A stretch of DNA of 63,879 bases, the filler included, from Globobulimina sp. (lineage: Eukaryota): assembly GCA_003354225.1 (NCBI GenBank). It is 15 parts of 15 records of this genome, joined end to end, with 100 filler letters (N's around TTAATTAATTAA, not from the genome) between each part and the next. Parts side by side here need not be neighbours in the genome. Positions count along the whole stretch, not along the records: positions 12,813 to 16,982 come from PIVH01001529.1; positions 17,083 to 21,251 come from PIVH01001530.1; positions 21,352 to 25,518 come from PIVH01001531.1; 12 more parts are not named here. One strand, 5' to 3'. The notes under the pieces were generated by a model, which did no database searches, was not told the origin of the DNA, and saw only the letters and a program-made list of their open reading frames with translations. Both the position numbers and the translations under genes were made by a program. The first letter of the stretch is position 1, and every line of letters starts with the position of its first letter. Below are positions 12,813 to 24,917 of this stretch, in pieces.

Positions 12813-13110
12813 GTCGAACAATCAATGTTCCATTTTCTTTATCATCCAATCGTAAATAATTTAAATTATTTTTTAATAGAATATCTTGACTCAACTTATT
12901 TTTACTTATCACAATTTCAAAATATTTATCATTTTCAATATCTATGGACTGCTTCTCCAATTTATATTTTTTAATGAATGATGGTGGGATTTCTGGCATA
13001 TATTTAAATGATGAGGAATCTAAGAATGATAATGGTGGCATTCCCATTCGTTTCCCATAATGTCCTAATTGCGTGCCAATGGATAAATATTTTACGGTTC
13101 CACGAATACT
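12813..13110 (-). CDS. Exon fragment of an unknown protein
   Basis: Open frame after an AG acceptor (IRGTVKYLSIGTQLGHYGKRMGMPPLSF...) running off the contig. Upstream exons could not be resolved. Confidence 0.35.
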
Positions 13111-13789
13111 TTAATTTGTGTGTTTTTGTGTCAAATGACTCAGATAAATGAATAAAACTGCAAAGGAAACAGAAATAGAAATACAAATACAAACCTGGCT
13201 GGTAATAAAATTAAGTGTCTTTTGAATATAACAAATTGGCATTTACAATGCTTGTAAACCAGAATGGAATGTCATCATCGAAGAAAATTAATGGATAATA
13301 TTGCATGCAATTTAATAACAAATATATGAATATGATGTTAAAATCAATTTATTACTCGGAATTTACGTATTTATTCCATTTATCTGATCAGACAATATCA
13401 CAAACAAATAATCCAACACTGGATAATAATGGGGCGGATTCATATAAATTATCTGGATTATCTGCCCATTTTAATTGTTTCACCAACCAATGCTATATGG
13501 AATAAATATTGGCACTGGCAATTAATGGTGACAAAATAATACATACTATTGATACAATCACAAAATAATTACAACTTTTGCTGCTTTGAAAATTACGTAA
13601 TTAAATTTGGACCCTACGTCTCATTGTCCTAAGCAGATTTTCTTATTTCTATTAAGTTTTTGGAGTGGTATATAGTAATATAGTTAGAATGAGTGCGGAA
13701 GAAGTCGAAGTCGACATTTATTAAGTTCACAATTTGATGCAAGTTGGTCCAATGGAGGTGACATATCATCGCCGGCAAAAACTGTTTAT

Positions 13790-15524
13790 ATGGCTGCAGC
13801 ATTCCATTACAATAATAAAATATTTGTATTTGGGGATTTTACAAATCCAAAATCATTATTTCAATACGATATTACCACAAAACAGTTTACAGATTTTGGC
13901 AGCACAGCATTGACTGTCAACATTGCGGGCTATTCACAATTCTGGACACAAATTGGTAATATTGCATATATTATTGGCTATTATACGGGTAACACTGAAA
14001 GAAATCTATACATTTATGATTTATCAACAAATAATGTGCCATCATTAACCGCCACACTTACAATTCGAAATAATACATCCGGTGGTAAAGCTTGTTTGGC
14101 CTCAGGCAATAATATGTTGTTTGTAGTTGGTGGAGTTGACCCATTATGTTCTCCTCCAGACCCCACTTGTTCTATCAATGGAGACCTGAAACTATTACAA
14201 ATTTATGATCTTTTATCCCAACGATGGTTATCCAACGGACCATTAATGCGATGGCAAAGAGATCAATTTGCGTGTATTGTAATGGATGATTATTTATATG
14301 CAATGGGTGGGTTCAGTGTCTATGACAATCAACAATGGGCTGATGGCGGTTTGACTGCAAAAATTGAGAAAATACAAATTTCAAATATTTACAACAATGC
14401 TTGGGCTTATACGCAAAATGAATTAAAAATTAAAATGCAAAAACACAGAGCGGTAACATTTGGTGATTATATTGTGGTGATTGGCGGAGAAAGTTATGAT
14501 TCAGGATCGGATTCATATGGACCAGTGGATAAAGTGCAACTTATTAATACTGCATCAGATGTAGTTACTTTTGCGGGTGGCACATTGAACAAAGCAGCAT
14601 ATAGCACCGCACCTATATTGATTGGTAATGTTCTATATGCATTTGGTGGCATTGGTGCTTCTGTTGGGATAGATACGTGGCAATATATTACATTGCCATC
14701 AGATCCACCCACCAGTGATCCCACAGAAAGTCCCACAAAGAATCCCTCCGTTGGTATGTATGTTAGTATGTATTTTTCACATATTATTATTTTTATGAAA
14801 TATTACTTTTAGAGCCAACGCCAACTCCAACAAATCTCCCTAGTTCTACACCAACAATGGCGCCGACACCTGCACCAACCATTAATCCAACACAAGATCC
14901 TACACCGTCACCAACTAATCAACCTACACAAAATCCAACATCAGGTGCATATGTATTTTATTGTTATATTGTGAAACAGATCGATATTATTATTACCAAA
15001 TACGCATATTGTTAGATCCAACAGATCCGCCAACACCATTACCCACATATTCCCCAACATCATTACCCACAAATGCACCAACACCGTTACCCACAGACCC
15101 ACCATCACCGTTACCCACGTATACACCAACAGCATTGCCAACAGAAGAAACTTATAATCCTACAATTTTGCCAACAAATAATCCAATACAATATACAACA
15201 CCGATAACATCGACGGAAACACCGAGAACATCAATTGGAACGGAAACAGAAATAACAACAACAAATAAGAATGAACCAGCTAATGATGGTGGTAAAAGAA
15301 ATACGAATCTATTGACGGGGCTGAATTCATCACTTATATTAATTGCATTAGTTTTTATATTTGTATTATTGTTTATAATATTTTTATTTTTATGGCTTAG
15401 AAAAAGAAAAGAAATGCAATCAATTATGAATAAAAGTGATTCATTTGCAATGAGTGATGATGATATAAGTGATTCAACGCATTACGTGCAACTAACCGAT
15501 GGTAATGACAATAATAATTTATAA
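13790..15524 (+). CDS. Kelch beta-propeller, P/T-rich stalk and single TM (type I surface protein)
   Basis: Kelch GG motifs (LFVVGG, LYAMGG, IVVIGG, LYAFGG) with YD/W. PTxxPT repeats. Introns ~14754-14812 and ~14945-15015. TM 'LILIALVFIFVLLFIIFLFLWL-RKRK'. The 5' signal exon is unresolved. Confidence 0.85.
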
Positions 15525-16072
15525 AATATTGCTTGTTGTGTTTTTGTCATTTGTTTAGAGATGTATTTTTTTAGGTTGTTTAACTGTCAAATTCCTACGA
15601 AAATCATGCATCTTCAAAATCATTGCATGCAAGTGTAAACAATAAATATTGTTTTTAACAAACAAGACCGGAGCTAAACCCTTAATAATTGTGAACACAA
15701 TATGATGATCATGTTTCTGATCCTTTTTTTTCCTGGAAACACATCAGTTGCAATTAAATCAGAAATTTCTGTTGATCTATCAACATGTAAAATTAATCAA
15801 AAATGAGTGCATATTAAATAAAGGCACAAATCAATAAAGATACCGTTGAACTGTGGTTAAAATAAAAAATAACCAAAAAACAATAAAAAATCGAAGCAAA
15901 ATGTAAAAAAAATGTGAATACAATGTATATTAAGAGAAAAATCAAATAAGTAAATAAAAAAAAGTCAATCCATGATAGTGTATCATATCAGAAAAAGAAA
16001 ACAACAAAATCTAATATGTTCTATATGAAAACAAAAAATTAATTAAATATTAGGGTCATAAAATAAATACTA

Positions 16073-16981
16073 TTATTTTTTTAAACGTCGAGCTGCTTTA
16101 AATATCGGTCTCTTTTTCTTATTATTTGATGTGAAGAAGCCGCTGCCATTCCCATTATCCTTATTAACATTCATTTTTGTCGAATTACCATCGGTTCGTT
16201 GAAAGGTAAAAGAGCCATTTCCTCCGTTATTATTACCACCGTTATTATTATTACCACCGCTATTATTATTATTAAACGACCAGTTGGAACCACCACCATT
16301 TCCAGAATTATTTGTTGTATTATTATTTATCGAAAATGCAGAATTTCCATTCCCGTTCCCGTTGCCATTGCCGTTGGCACCCCAACTATTACTACCACCA
16401 CCCGATGGAAATCCATTTTTATTGCCATTGGAGTTTCCAAAGGGAGATTTATTCGAATCCCAATTAGTATTTGTATTCTTATTGCTATTCTTATTTGGAG
16501 CACTAAATGTATTCGCAAATGGATTATTATTCGTTTTGTTGCCATTACCATTATTATTCCGTGAGAATGAATTGTTTTGTTTATTAGTATTATTATTTGA
16601 AAAGGATGGCGTTCCAAATGTATTATTTTGTTTACTATTCAGATTATTATTATTTTTATTTGCGTTATTATTATTCCATGCAAATCCATTCTTATTATTC
16701 TGTTTGTTATCATTTTGTTTGTTACTCGAAAAGGATGGGTTTGCAAATACATTATTCTGTTTATTGGCATTATTATCCCATGAAAATCCCCCATTATTAT
16801 TCTGTTTATTATTATTCTGTTTATTATCATTCTGTTTATTATCATTCTGTTTGTTACTCGAAAAGGATGTGTTTACAAATGAATTATTCTGTTTATTATC
16901 ATTTTTCTTCGCATTGTTGTCCCACGAGAATGAATTATTTGCACTCTTATTTTTCTTATCATTATTATTATTATTATTGGT
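16073..16981 (-). CDS. C-terminal part of an Asn-rich FG-type nucleoporin (Nup153/Nup1-like)
   Basis: A 303-codon frame with no start, missed by the ORF track. It has repeated SFSW/GFSW/GFAW/TFG/PFG/SFTF units in N/K/Q/G spacers and ends KKKRPIFKAARRLKK*, resembling the basic importin-alpha-binding tail of Nup153/Nup1. Confidence 0.6.
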   Translation of the reverse strand, partial: TNNNNNNDKKNKSANNSFSWDNNAKKNDNKQNNSFVNTSFSSNKQNDNKQNDNKQNNNKQNNNGGFSWDNNANKQNNVFANPSFSSNKQNDNKQNNKNGFAWNNNNANKNNNNLNSKQNNTFGTPSFSNNNTNKQNNSFSRNNNGNGNKTNNNPFANTFSAPNKNSNKNTNTNWDSNKSPFGNSNGNKNGFPSGGGSNSWGANGNGNGNGNGNSAFSINNNTTNNSGNGGGSNWSFNNNNSGGNNNNGGNNNGGNGSFTFQRTDGNSTKMNVNKDNGNGSGFFTSNNKKKRPIFKAARRLKK

Positions 16982-17082
16982 ANNNNNNNNNNNNNNNNNN
17001 NNNNNNNNNNNNNNNNNNNNNNNNNNTTAATTAATTAANNNNNNNNNNNNNNNNNNNNNNNNNNNNNNNNNNNNNNNNNNNN

Positions 17083-19420
17083 CATCGCCATATTGGGCTC
17101 CATCATGCCCGTTTCGATGGGATTCGTTGTGTCCGTTTGGGGCGGACAGTCGGTGCAGGCCTCCATTGCCATTGCTTCCTGTTTTGGACCGACGTCGATG
17201 GGAATCGCCCTCAATGTGTTGAAGAAGGCCAAGATATTGAATACGCCCACTGGACAGTTAATAATTGCTGCCGCCATCTTGGACGACGTGATCGCATTAA
17301 TCATTTTGTCCGAACTGACTGCCATGAAACAGCCGAGCGTCCAAAACATTTTGCTGCCTTTGCTGGTGTCGCCGATCTTGATCTTAGTGGTCGGCTATTT
17401 GGCCATTAATTACATCCCCAAACTCATCAAGAAAGTCATGAAGAAAATCCCTCCGCAGCACCACGAAAACAGTATTTTGGCGCTGCTCTTTTGCAGCACG
17501 TTTTTGCTAATTCCGGCATGCCATTATGTGGGAAGCAGCCATTTGTTGGGCGCCTTTCTGAGCGGTCTGATGTTCTGCACAGACCACACCATTCACCACG
17601 TCTGGAGCTACCAAATCAAGCGCATTCTGGCCTGGCTGCTGCGCATTTTCTTTGCCTGCACCATCGGCTTCGCCATACCCGTCCAGCAGTTTGCCTCCAT
17701 CACGGTCATTAAGGTACAGTTAATTACATTTAATTTGTAAACAATATAACCAGAAACGGGAACATTTCTGACTCGCAATCTATCCAAAAACACTGTTTCT
17801 GAGTATATTAACTTGCTGTACTGCCATAAGCGTGGCCTCTTGTATTGCCTCTGTATGATTGGCAAAATAGTGACCGGTGTATTTGGCCGCCCGTTGAACA
17901 GAAAAGAATTCCTCACCATTGGCTTCAGTATGAGTGCCTGGGGCGAGTTTGCATTCATTATCGCCACCGCATCGTATGCGGAAGCCACCATTGACAAAGA
18001 ATCCTTTTCTTCCATACTGCTCGCTGTCTTGTTATCTGTCATCATCTCCCCGTACGCCTTGACATTTGTCATCAAATTCTACGAGAAACGCGCACAAAAG
18101 CAAATGGACGCAACCCTCGCTTTGTATGAGAACAAAAACCTCCATCCCGTCTACTTTGCCATCAACACCAAAGCCCGCGGCCAATGGGGCCATCAGGACA
18201 AGCTCTTGCATGAAATCTTCAAATTGTCCCTGGAAATCATCGATTTCCGCTCTTGGCATGCTCCGGAATATAACCACTCGCATCACCGGCCGTTGACGAA
18301 AGAGTCTTTCTACGTCATGGCCACTACGTTGCTGTTGCCGCCAACAAAGCACTTATCGCCGCAGGAAAAGCAAAAACTAAAAGCCACAGTCAAGCGCATT
18401 CGCACTGCGCTGAAAACCTTGTTGGGTAACAAATCACTCGTAAGCTGCAAGCGGTGGTTGCCCGGCGTGCTGGAGAAAGAGGACCGAATCGATAAAAAAG
18501 ACTCTGTTTTGGGTCAAAAAGTGGACACTATAAACTTGCGGAGGCCATCCTATTGCCGTCGGGAAGCCTTCAAACAGGCACATTGCATCATGTCCTTCGA
18601 TTGGGATAATGAGCCGGAAAAGGAATCCGAGCTCGCTGTCGCTGTCCCAGTGCCCAGTACGTCAAACTTGGACGCAATGGACGGTCCAATGCCATTACAA
18701 GCTGTACAGTCCATGCCCATAGCTTGTGGGCATTTGCATGCAAATAAACGCTTTGGAAAACTTTTAGTTCGACAATTGTCAGCACCGAAAATGGAGCAGC
18801 ACACTGGAATGGGACATGGCGGACAGGCGAAGGGGTTGGGAGCGTTGCCGGTGTACAATAAAATGATAAACATACATGATCATTGGGACGAGGAAAAGCA
18901 GCGTAGTCTGGAGGAGGAAGCACAGGACACTGACTCGGATGCGTCCGTTTCTTTGATTTATGGGGATGAAGATGCGCAGCATCATAAGTTACCAGAATAT
19001 CACAGACCGTCACAGAGTCTGTCTACGGTGGTAGCTCAAGCTGCTGCCGGTGGGATATTGAAATATATGCAACAGCAACAGACTGTGGATATACGCAGAC
19101 CGCATACTATTGTTGAAAATGGAGAGGAAATGAATGATATGACAGATGGGAAAGTTACATTGACACCACACGTACACACACCTTCTGGTTCGCAGTCACA
19201 TCGTTCAGCTCCGGAGATACATATTGTTACTACGGATGTCAATGGCGATCCGTTGGAGAATTCGTATGATAATCATTATGAGACACCGACTGTAGAGGAA
19301 CATGAGCATATTGCCATTACTGTGACGGGTATGGAGGTGTTGGAGGATGGGAATGGGAATGAAATGGTGGAGAAAGTTCAAGTGCCATCACGTACACCAT
19401 CTCCTGGGTCCAACGTATAA
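17083..19420 (+). CDS. CPA2-family cation/H+ antiporter with C-terminal ACT-like domain, 5'-truncated
   Basis: 'PTSMGIALNVL...GQLIIAAAILDDVIALIILS', 'LLGAFLSGL', 'GKIVTG', 'WGEFAFIIA'. Intron 17714-17830. Confidence 0.88.
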
Positions 19421-19576
19421 AACATTTGCAGATTAATTGTTCGAATATTTGTTTTGTCTGTTTTTTGTCCGTTCGCATTTTGTGTTTGTATTTATAGATT
19501 GAAAACAGTTGATTTTGTGTTCATATTTACTGTTCGCACTGTGATCATGAGTTGAACTATAAAAAACAAAAAAACA

Positions 19577-21251
19577 TTATTTATAGTCAATAAACCCCCA
19601 AACTTCAAGAGAAATGCAAGTGAAGTCCTGTGATGATGACAATTGCGGATTATTAAAAGTATCGCATTTCGCCGATATTCCCTTTGATAGATTGGACAAC
19701 AGAGTCAACGCCGGAGACGATCCACCACCAATTGTAATGCTGGCATTGTTTATATTTTGTAAGTCAAAATACACAAAAAACCGATTGATTTTAGCCCATT
19801 CGTATTTATTTGCGTTTGGATATAACCTAAACACGAACGTATCAGCGCCACCAAAAAATCTTTTCTTACGTCCTGTATCACTCAAATCTTGTGTTTGAGC
19901 TATAAACACTCCAAAAATATACCCACGCTCATCTTTGATGATCATAATCAACGGTCCTTTATCAGCGCATTTCTCATAAAATGTCAACATTGAACATCCA
20001 TCGACATTCAAATTGTATAATAACTTCCAATCCAACCAATTATATCTGATTGGAAGCCATGAATGTAACAATTGCGCATTGCAAGAGGTTAAAATCGATG
20101 TCTCTCCGCCAAATAATCGCGGCTCAAACAAATCCTTTGCTATTTATACAAACACACAAAATGAACAACAGTAATCATCAATCATTCACCCTCAACATAC
20201 AATGTTTGGTTTCGCTCATTTCGCCTTCCATGGATGTTGTGACCTGTTTTGCTGGATAATGCAGCTCAATTTCACACTTTCTATCTCCCGCTGCAACTAT
20301 GGGAGACAAACAAAATACATTTTCATTATGCATAATTCCATTCACTTTCAGCACAGACTCATCATCCAATCCATCCTTTTTCTTACCGCATAAGCTCGCG
20401 GCAATCAGCTCCAATGTGGACTCTCTACGTTCAATATTAATGTGATCAGAGGATAAGTCATAGTCCACTGTCTTTGTAGCATTCCCATCCAAAGCAGCAT
20501 CCATTGCTTTGTTATCCACATTTTTGAGTGATTTACAGCTGAATACACCGCAAACAACATCACAACACCCATAGTTGACGAACAATGCTCCCATCCAGTC
20601 ACATAAAGCATGCTTAAAACGAACAGACATTTTGTTAAGTCTTGAACAGCGAAAAAGAAAGTAAATAATTGCAAATTTGGGCAGTTCGCAGTGCGAATTA
20701 CCGCACGCTCCGACCATATCTATGCATGCAGCTGACGCAAAATGTAAACTCAACTTCGAATGTCAGTGTTCGAACTTGATATTAATTTCTCTGATTCTGA
20801 CGGGTCTTTGATATGCAATTTTTTGCGCGGATTTGCTTTGTTTGAGGAGCTGATGATGTTTATGTTGATTTCGTCATTGTTGGAGTTTAACATTGGCACT
20901 GATTGGGATATGAATGCGTAGATTCTGGAACAGGTAGTTTCGAGACCAAGTCGATGCGCCAAATGTATGAGTTTTGTGCGTCCCCATTTTGATACTAACA
21001 TCATTGCAATGGAGGCAAATATCTGTTTTTTTGTTATGTTGAGTGGGATGTTGGGAGTCGTGGAGAGTGCGATGGTGCGAATCAACTCAACTAAAACGGA
21101 GAGATATAGTAACAATATGTTATGGTCGTGATGTTGCAGTTGCTGCTGAGTGTCAAGTTGTTGTTGTCTTTGAATTGATTCATTTTCCATTTGTTGCTCT
21201 AATATGTCGTCCAGGTCATTGATGCTGTTGTCTTTGTTGGGCGGTGGTAGT
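19577..21251 (-). CDS. TLDc-domain (OXR1/NCOA7-like) protein, multi-exon, 5'-truncated
   Basis: 'WKLLYNLNVDGCSMLTFYEKC...IKDERGYIFGVF...FFGGADTFVFRL...IGGG...CDTFNNPQL...LEVWG'. Upstream same-strand ORFs 20178-20753 and 20750-21190 are probably further exons. Confidence 0.85.
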
Positions 21252-21352
21252 NNNNNNNNNNNNNNNNNNNNNNNNNNNNNNNNNNNNNNNNNNNNTTAAT
21301 TAATTAANNNNNNNNNNNNNNNNNNNNNNNNNNNNNNNNNNNNNNNNNNNNA

Positions 21353-23105
21353 ATCTATATATACCTCAAAAACATCCCAAGTAATCCAAAAAAACGTCGC
21401 ATTTTATCGGAAAAATCATCCACCGAAACACCGACAAAAAAACTGAAATTAAATAATAATCAATCCGACATTTTCTCTGCATCGACACCAAAAAGAGCAA
21501 TCGGAGAGGGCCCAGCCTGTATTATTTGCAATAATAAAACAGAAAATTGTATTAAACCATGGTTAGATTGTGTCGAATGTGGAGAACGAGTGAACGTTTA
21601 TTGTTCATTTATGATAAAAGCTAAAAAATGTACAATTTACACAGAGAATCAATTTAAATGTATTATTTGCAAAATGTATCAAGTTGTAAATCATAAAAAC
21701 TATAAAACCAAGCAACAAAAATATAAAAACAAGCCGGCAAAATATGAATTAACTGTTATTTTATATGTTGCATCGATTGATAGATATTTAATGAAATGGG
21801 AAAAATTAAAGGAGAAAGATTGTGATTTTACAACAAAAGGAATGTTAAAATATTGCTGGAGGAAAGAAAATGAATTAACACCGATACAAATTAAAAAAGC
21901 AAAGGAAATTAAATTTTTATATCAATGTGAAAATGAACAAATATTGCATTCATTAAAAAAGGAAAAAATTGAATTAAATCAAGAGGAAATTAATAATATT
22001 ATTTCAAAATCACCAAATACAAAAACAAATAATTCAGCGTCAATATACCCAAATATTGAAAGATATCGCTATCAATTAAATGATGAGTATTTTGGGGTAA
22101 CAACATTGGATGAAATATTTACACGAAAAGAGATTGATTGGATTACAAAATGTATGGTCAACCGATCAAATGTTGCTGTGGATGATGACATTGTACAGAA
22201 ACATCCGGAAGCATACGCTATTAAAAAAGGTGTCATAATCGGTCGTTTGAAAGTATATCATGGTATATCTTTTTTTTTGCGTTCACTTTGATCATTGACT
22301 GAGTAAGTTTTTTCAAAAAAACATTTGTTTATTTTGCCACTATTTTAATACAGGATATGGTTATACTTATGGCGGTGCGCAAGCTCCACAGAAATTGCCA
22401 CAATCTCCAAAAATCAAAGAAACAAAAGTCTGCAGCTTTGATGCATCGGATTTAGGGGACACAACAACAGGAAATGTTTTATACCCCACTTCGTTGGAAT
22501 GTAATTCATTGGAATGTGGTCAATTTGTTATTGATCGAATTAAAGCTGTTATGATAGAAAGTGGATTGTATAAAGATGTGGATTTCATTCCTGATCAATT
22601 ACAAATAAATAGATATGGTAAACACAGTGGAATTTCAAATCATTTCGACGAAGTGGCATGGTTTAATTTTCCAGTCATATCATTACGTTTAGAAAATCCA
22701 TCTGCTTTACATTATGGATGGAGACAAAGAAAACTTAGGAACGATTCGTTAAAAATACATTTAAATATTGGTACTGTGGTGATTATGGAGTCGTGGGCTG
22801 CTATGAAATATAAACATTGTGTTCGTGGCAAAGAACATAGAGATGGATATTCAACGGCTGTCATTGCAAGAGCCATTAAAAAAAGTGCGCTTCGAAAATG
22901 TCCGAGATATATTATGGAAAGATATAAAAAGAAAACGATTGAGATTGATTGTGATAATCATAAAGTTGAAGAAAAGAAAGAAGCAGATACTTGTTATATA
23001 AATATTGGAGGAGATCAGGGTGACGATGATAATGACGATTCAGATTTTTCATTTGAATATGATACTTATAAACATATTCCTAATTCCCTTTGTTATTATT
23101 ATTAA
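21353..23105 (+). CDS. ALKBH5-like Fe(II)/2OG dioxygenase with N-terminal PHD-like finger and chromo-like segment, 5'-truncated
   Basis: The frame is open from the contig edge. PHD-like CIIC..WLDCVEC....NVYC..FKCIIC; 'YLMKW...CWRKENEL'. Intron 22263-22353 restores 'KVYHGYGYTYGGAQ' (cf. ALKBH5 KYFFGEGYTYGAQ). Also 'QINRY...GISNHFD...PVISLRL..SALHYG...WAAMKYKHCVR...VIAR'. Confidence 0.8.
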
Positions 23106-23408
23106 CGTATACATACAATACAACAAAATTATTGATTGTTTGTAAATAAATATATTTTGTGTAAAGTTATTGATCTCTTAGCGAATGTACTATTACATGA
23201 TTGGAATTGATACCTAGCGCTTACTTGCCGCTTAGGTGTCATTATTACTGTCCTTATAACTAATGTCCCAAAATATTTCATTAATTTCTGATATGTTGAA
23301 AAAAAGTTTTCGAACACCTACAAAAACTGTATTTTAAAACGGAAAATGAAAGAACTGTATTACACATATTTGTAAATATTGTGTACGTGATGAATGTGTA
23401 CAATTTAT

Positions 23409-24800
23409 TTAAGACAATACAAATTTCTGAATGGAACATATGTCTGTCCTACAAATGGGGCATTTTTTGGTTGGCAATTCATCGACACAAATTTGACAAA
23501 ATGTAGAATGCCCACATGGTTGTAATCGTGCATTTGGTTCCCGATCTAAACAAATAATACATTCAAAATCGTGTGAATCCAATAATTGATGTAATTCTTT
23601 TGGATTTATTTTCGTTAATTCATTCTCATCGATAAAACACCATCGCTGCTCCATGTCGCCAGAATGCAGCGTTTTCTCCAAACAAAACCTATTCAAATCC
23701 GACCGAAAAACTAAAAATAACTCACATTCTTTATTTTTTATTGTTTTTTCATCAAAATCAATCTCCCAACACTTAAAAACATCCTCTTCACATTTAATAT
23801 CATCGTCGCCTATCACACAGAAATTATATTCATTTTCATTACACGACACTGCCAATACCTTATTATTTGCAAAATTTTTAATCTTTCCATTCTCATAAAA
23901 ACTCCATTGTTGATTCATATTTTTAAAATTCACATTCTCTGATAAGTGCACAGAATTATCCGCCATTTCCATGACGTTTTTGCATGAAATATGATATACA
24001 AAATGTTTAATTTTGTCAGGTTTGCCCTGTATTAACCATTCCATCGCCAGATTTAAATTCTGTGCATATTTATTTAGTGCGTTTGTGGCATCGTCCAATG
24101 TGTATCCACTATTGCGAATTTCCTCAATCTTTGCATTCTTTTCTTGCAAATCATTCAATGGATGGGATAATATATATTGAATGGCACCTTTTTTATCATA
24201 AATACTCGTATTATTCAACGCATTTTGCACTGCAATTTGTAAGAAACCCATTGAACGCAATTCAGAGGAAATAAATGGTTTCATTTTCTTAAATTGTTGC
24301 TCTTTTTGGCGAATATCTGAAATTGATTCTAATTTGGCGGTTAATATATTATCTTCCAATTGCAAAGAAGCTATTTGTGCTTCTGATAAATTATTGATTT
24401 CATTCTCTTCTTCTTTGTGTTCGTCGCCGTTTGGTTGAATAATAACAAACGAGGTATTTAAGTTTGCTTTTACCAATAAATCAATTGCAGTTTTTGTATT
24501 ATTCTCACTTTCTTTTAATGCATAATAAGCCAAATGCCGCTGACATTCAATAATCTGACAAATTTTCATAATTTTTAAGTTTAATGATTCTTCTTCTGTC
24601 ATTTCATGCGAATATAACCAATCCATCATGCAATTGATATTATTATCTACATATTTTAAGGACTCTTTGACTAAATATTGATTAAAACCCATGTCACATA
24701 ATTTCTCTTCTGCTGAAATCTCAAAATTATTATTTGTAGTGTTATGGTTGTTGTTGTGATTAGTATCGATCGTCATTTTATGATTAGTATCCATCGCCAT
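23409..24800 (-). CDS. RING-HC E3 ligase with multiple UBA domains and a ricin-B (beta-trefoil) lectin-like domain
   Basis: UBA motifs (LCDMGF, LRSMGF..A..AL, ALNKYAQNLNLAMEWL); QxW-type repeats (NQQWSF, KCWE, EQRWCF); C-terminal CIICLD..LQPCGHSTFCQIC....KKCPICR. Confidence 0.85.
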   Translation of the reverse strand: MAMDTNHKMTIDTNHNNNHNTTNNNFEISAEEKLCDMGFNQYLVKESLKYVDNNINCMMDWLYSHEMTEEESLNLKIMKICQIIECQRHLAYYALKESENNTKTAIDLLVKANLNTSFVIIQPNGDEHKEEENEINNLSEAQIASLQLEDNILTAKLESISDIRQKEQQFKKMKPFISSELRSMGFLQIAVQNALNNTSIYDKKGAIQYILSHPLNDLQEKNAKIEEIRNSGYTLDDATNALNKYAQNLNLAMEWLIQGKPDKIKHFVYHISCKNVMEMADNSVHLSENVNFKNMNQQWSFYENGKIKNFANNKVLAVSCNENEYNFCVIGDDDIKCEEDVFKCWEIDFDEKTIKNKECELFLVFRSDLNRFCLEKTLHSGDMEQRWCFIDENELTKINPKELHQLLDSHDFECIICLDREPNARLQPCGHSTFCQICVDELPTKKCPICRTDICSIQKFVLS

Positions 24801-24917
24801 TTTGTTGTTTACTGTACCACAACAAACACACATTAAATTAATGTGAACAGAAAATAAAAAACTTTACTTTGACTGACAAGAAGCATTTCAAGTGTCAGTC
24901 CGAAAGCGATAAAATGC

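Noticed and set aside
13200-13600. Minus-strand protein-like frame broken by several stops (possible alternative genetic code or pseudogene)
   Set aside because: Conserved genes elsewhere end normally at TAA, TAG and TGA with no in-frame stops. No homology is recognisable, so neither recoding nor a pseudogene can be supported.
16199-17034. Leu-, Ile- and Tyr-rich ORFs in the track
   Set aside because: Shadow frames of the Asn-rich minus-strand nucleoporin-like exon.
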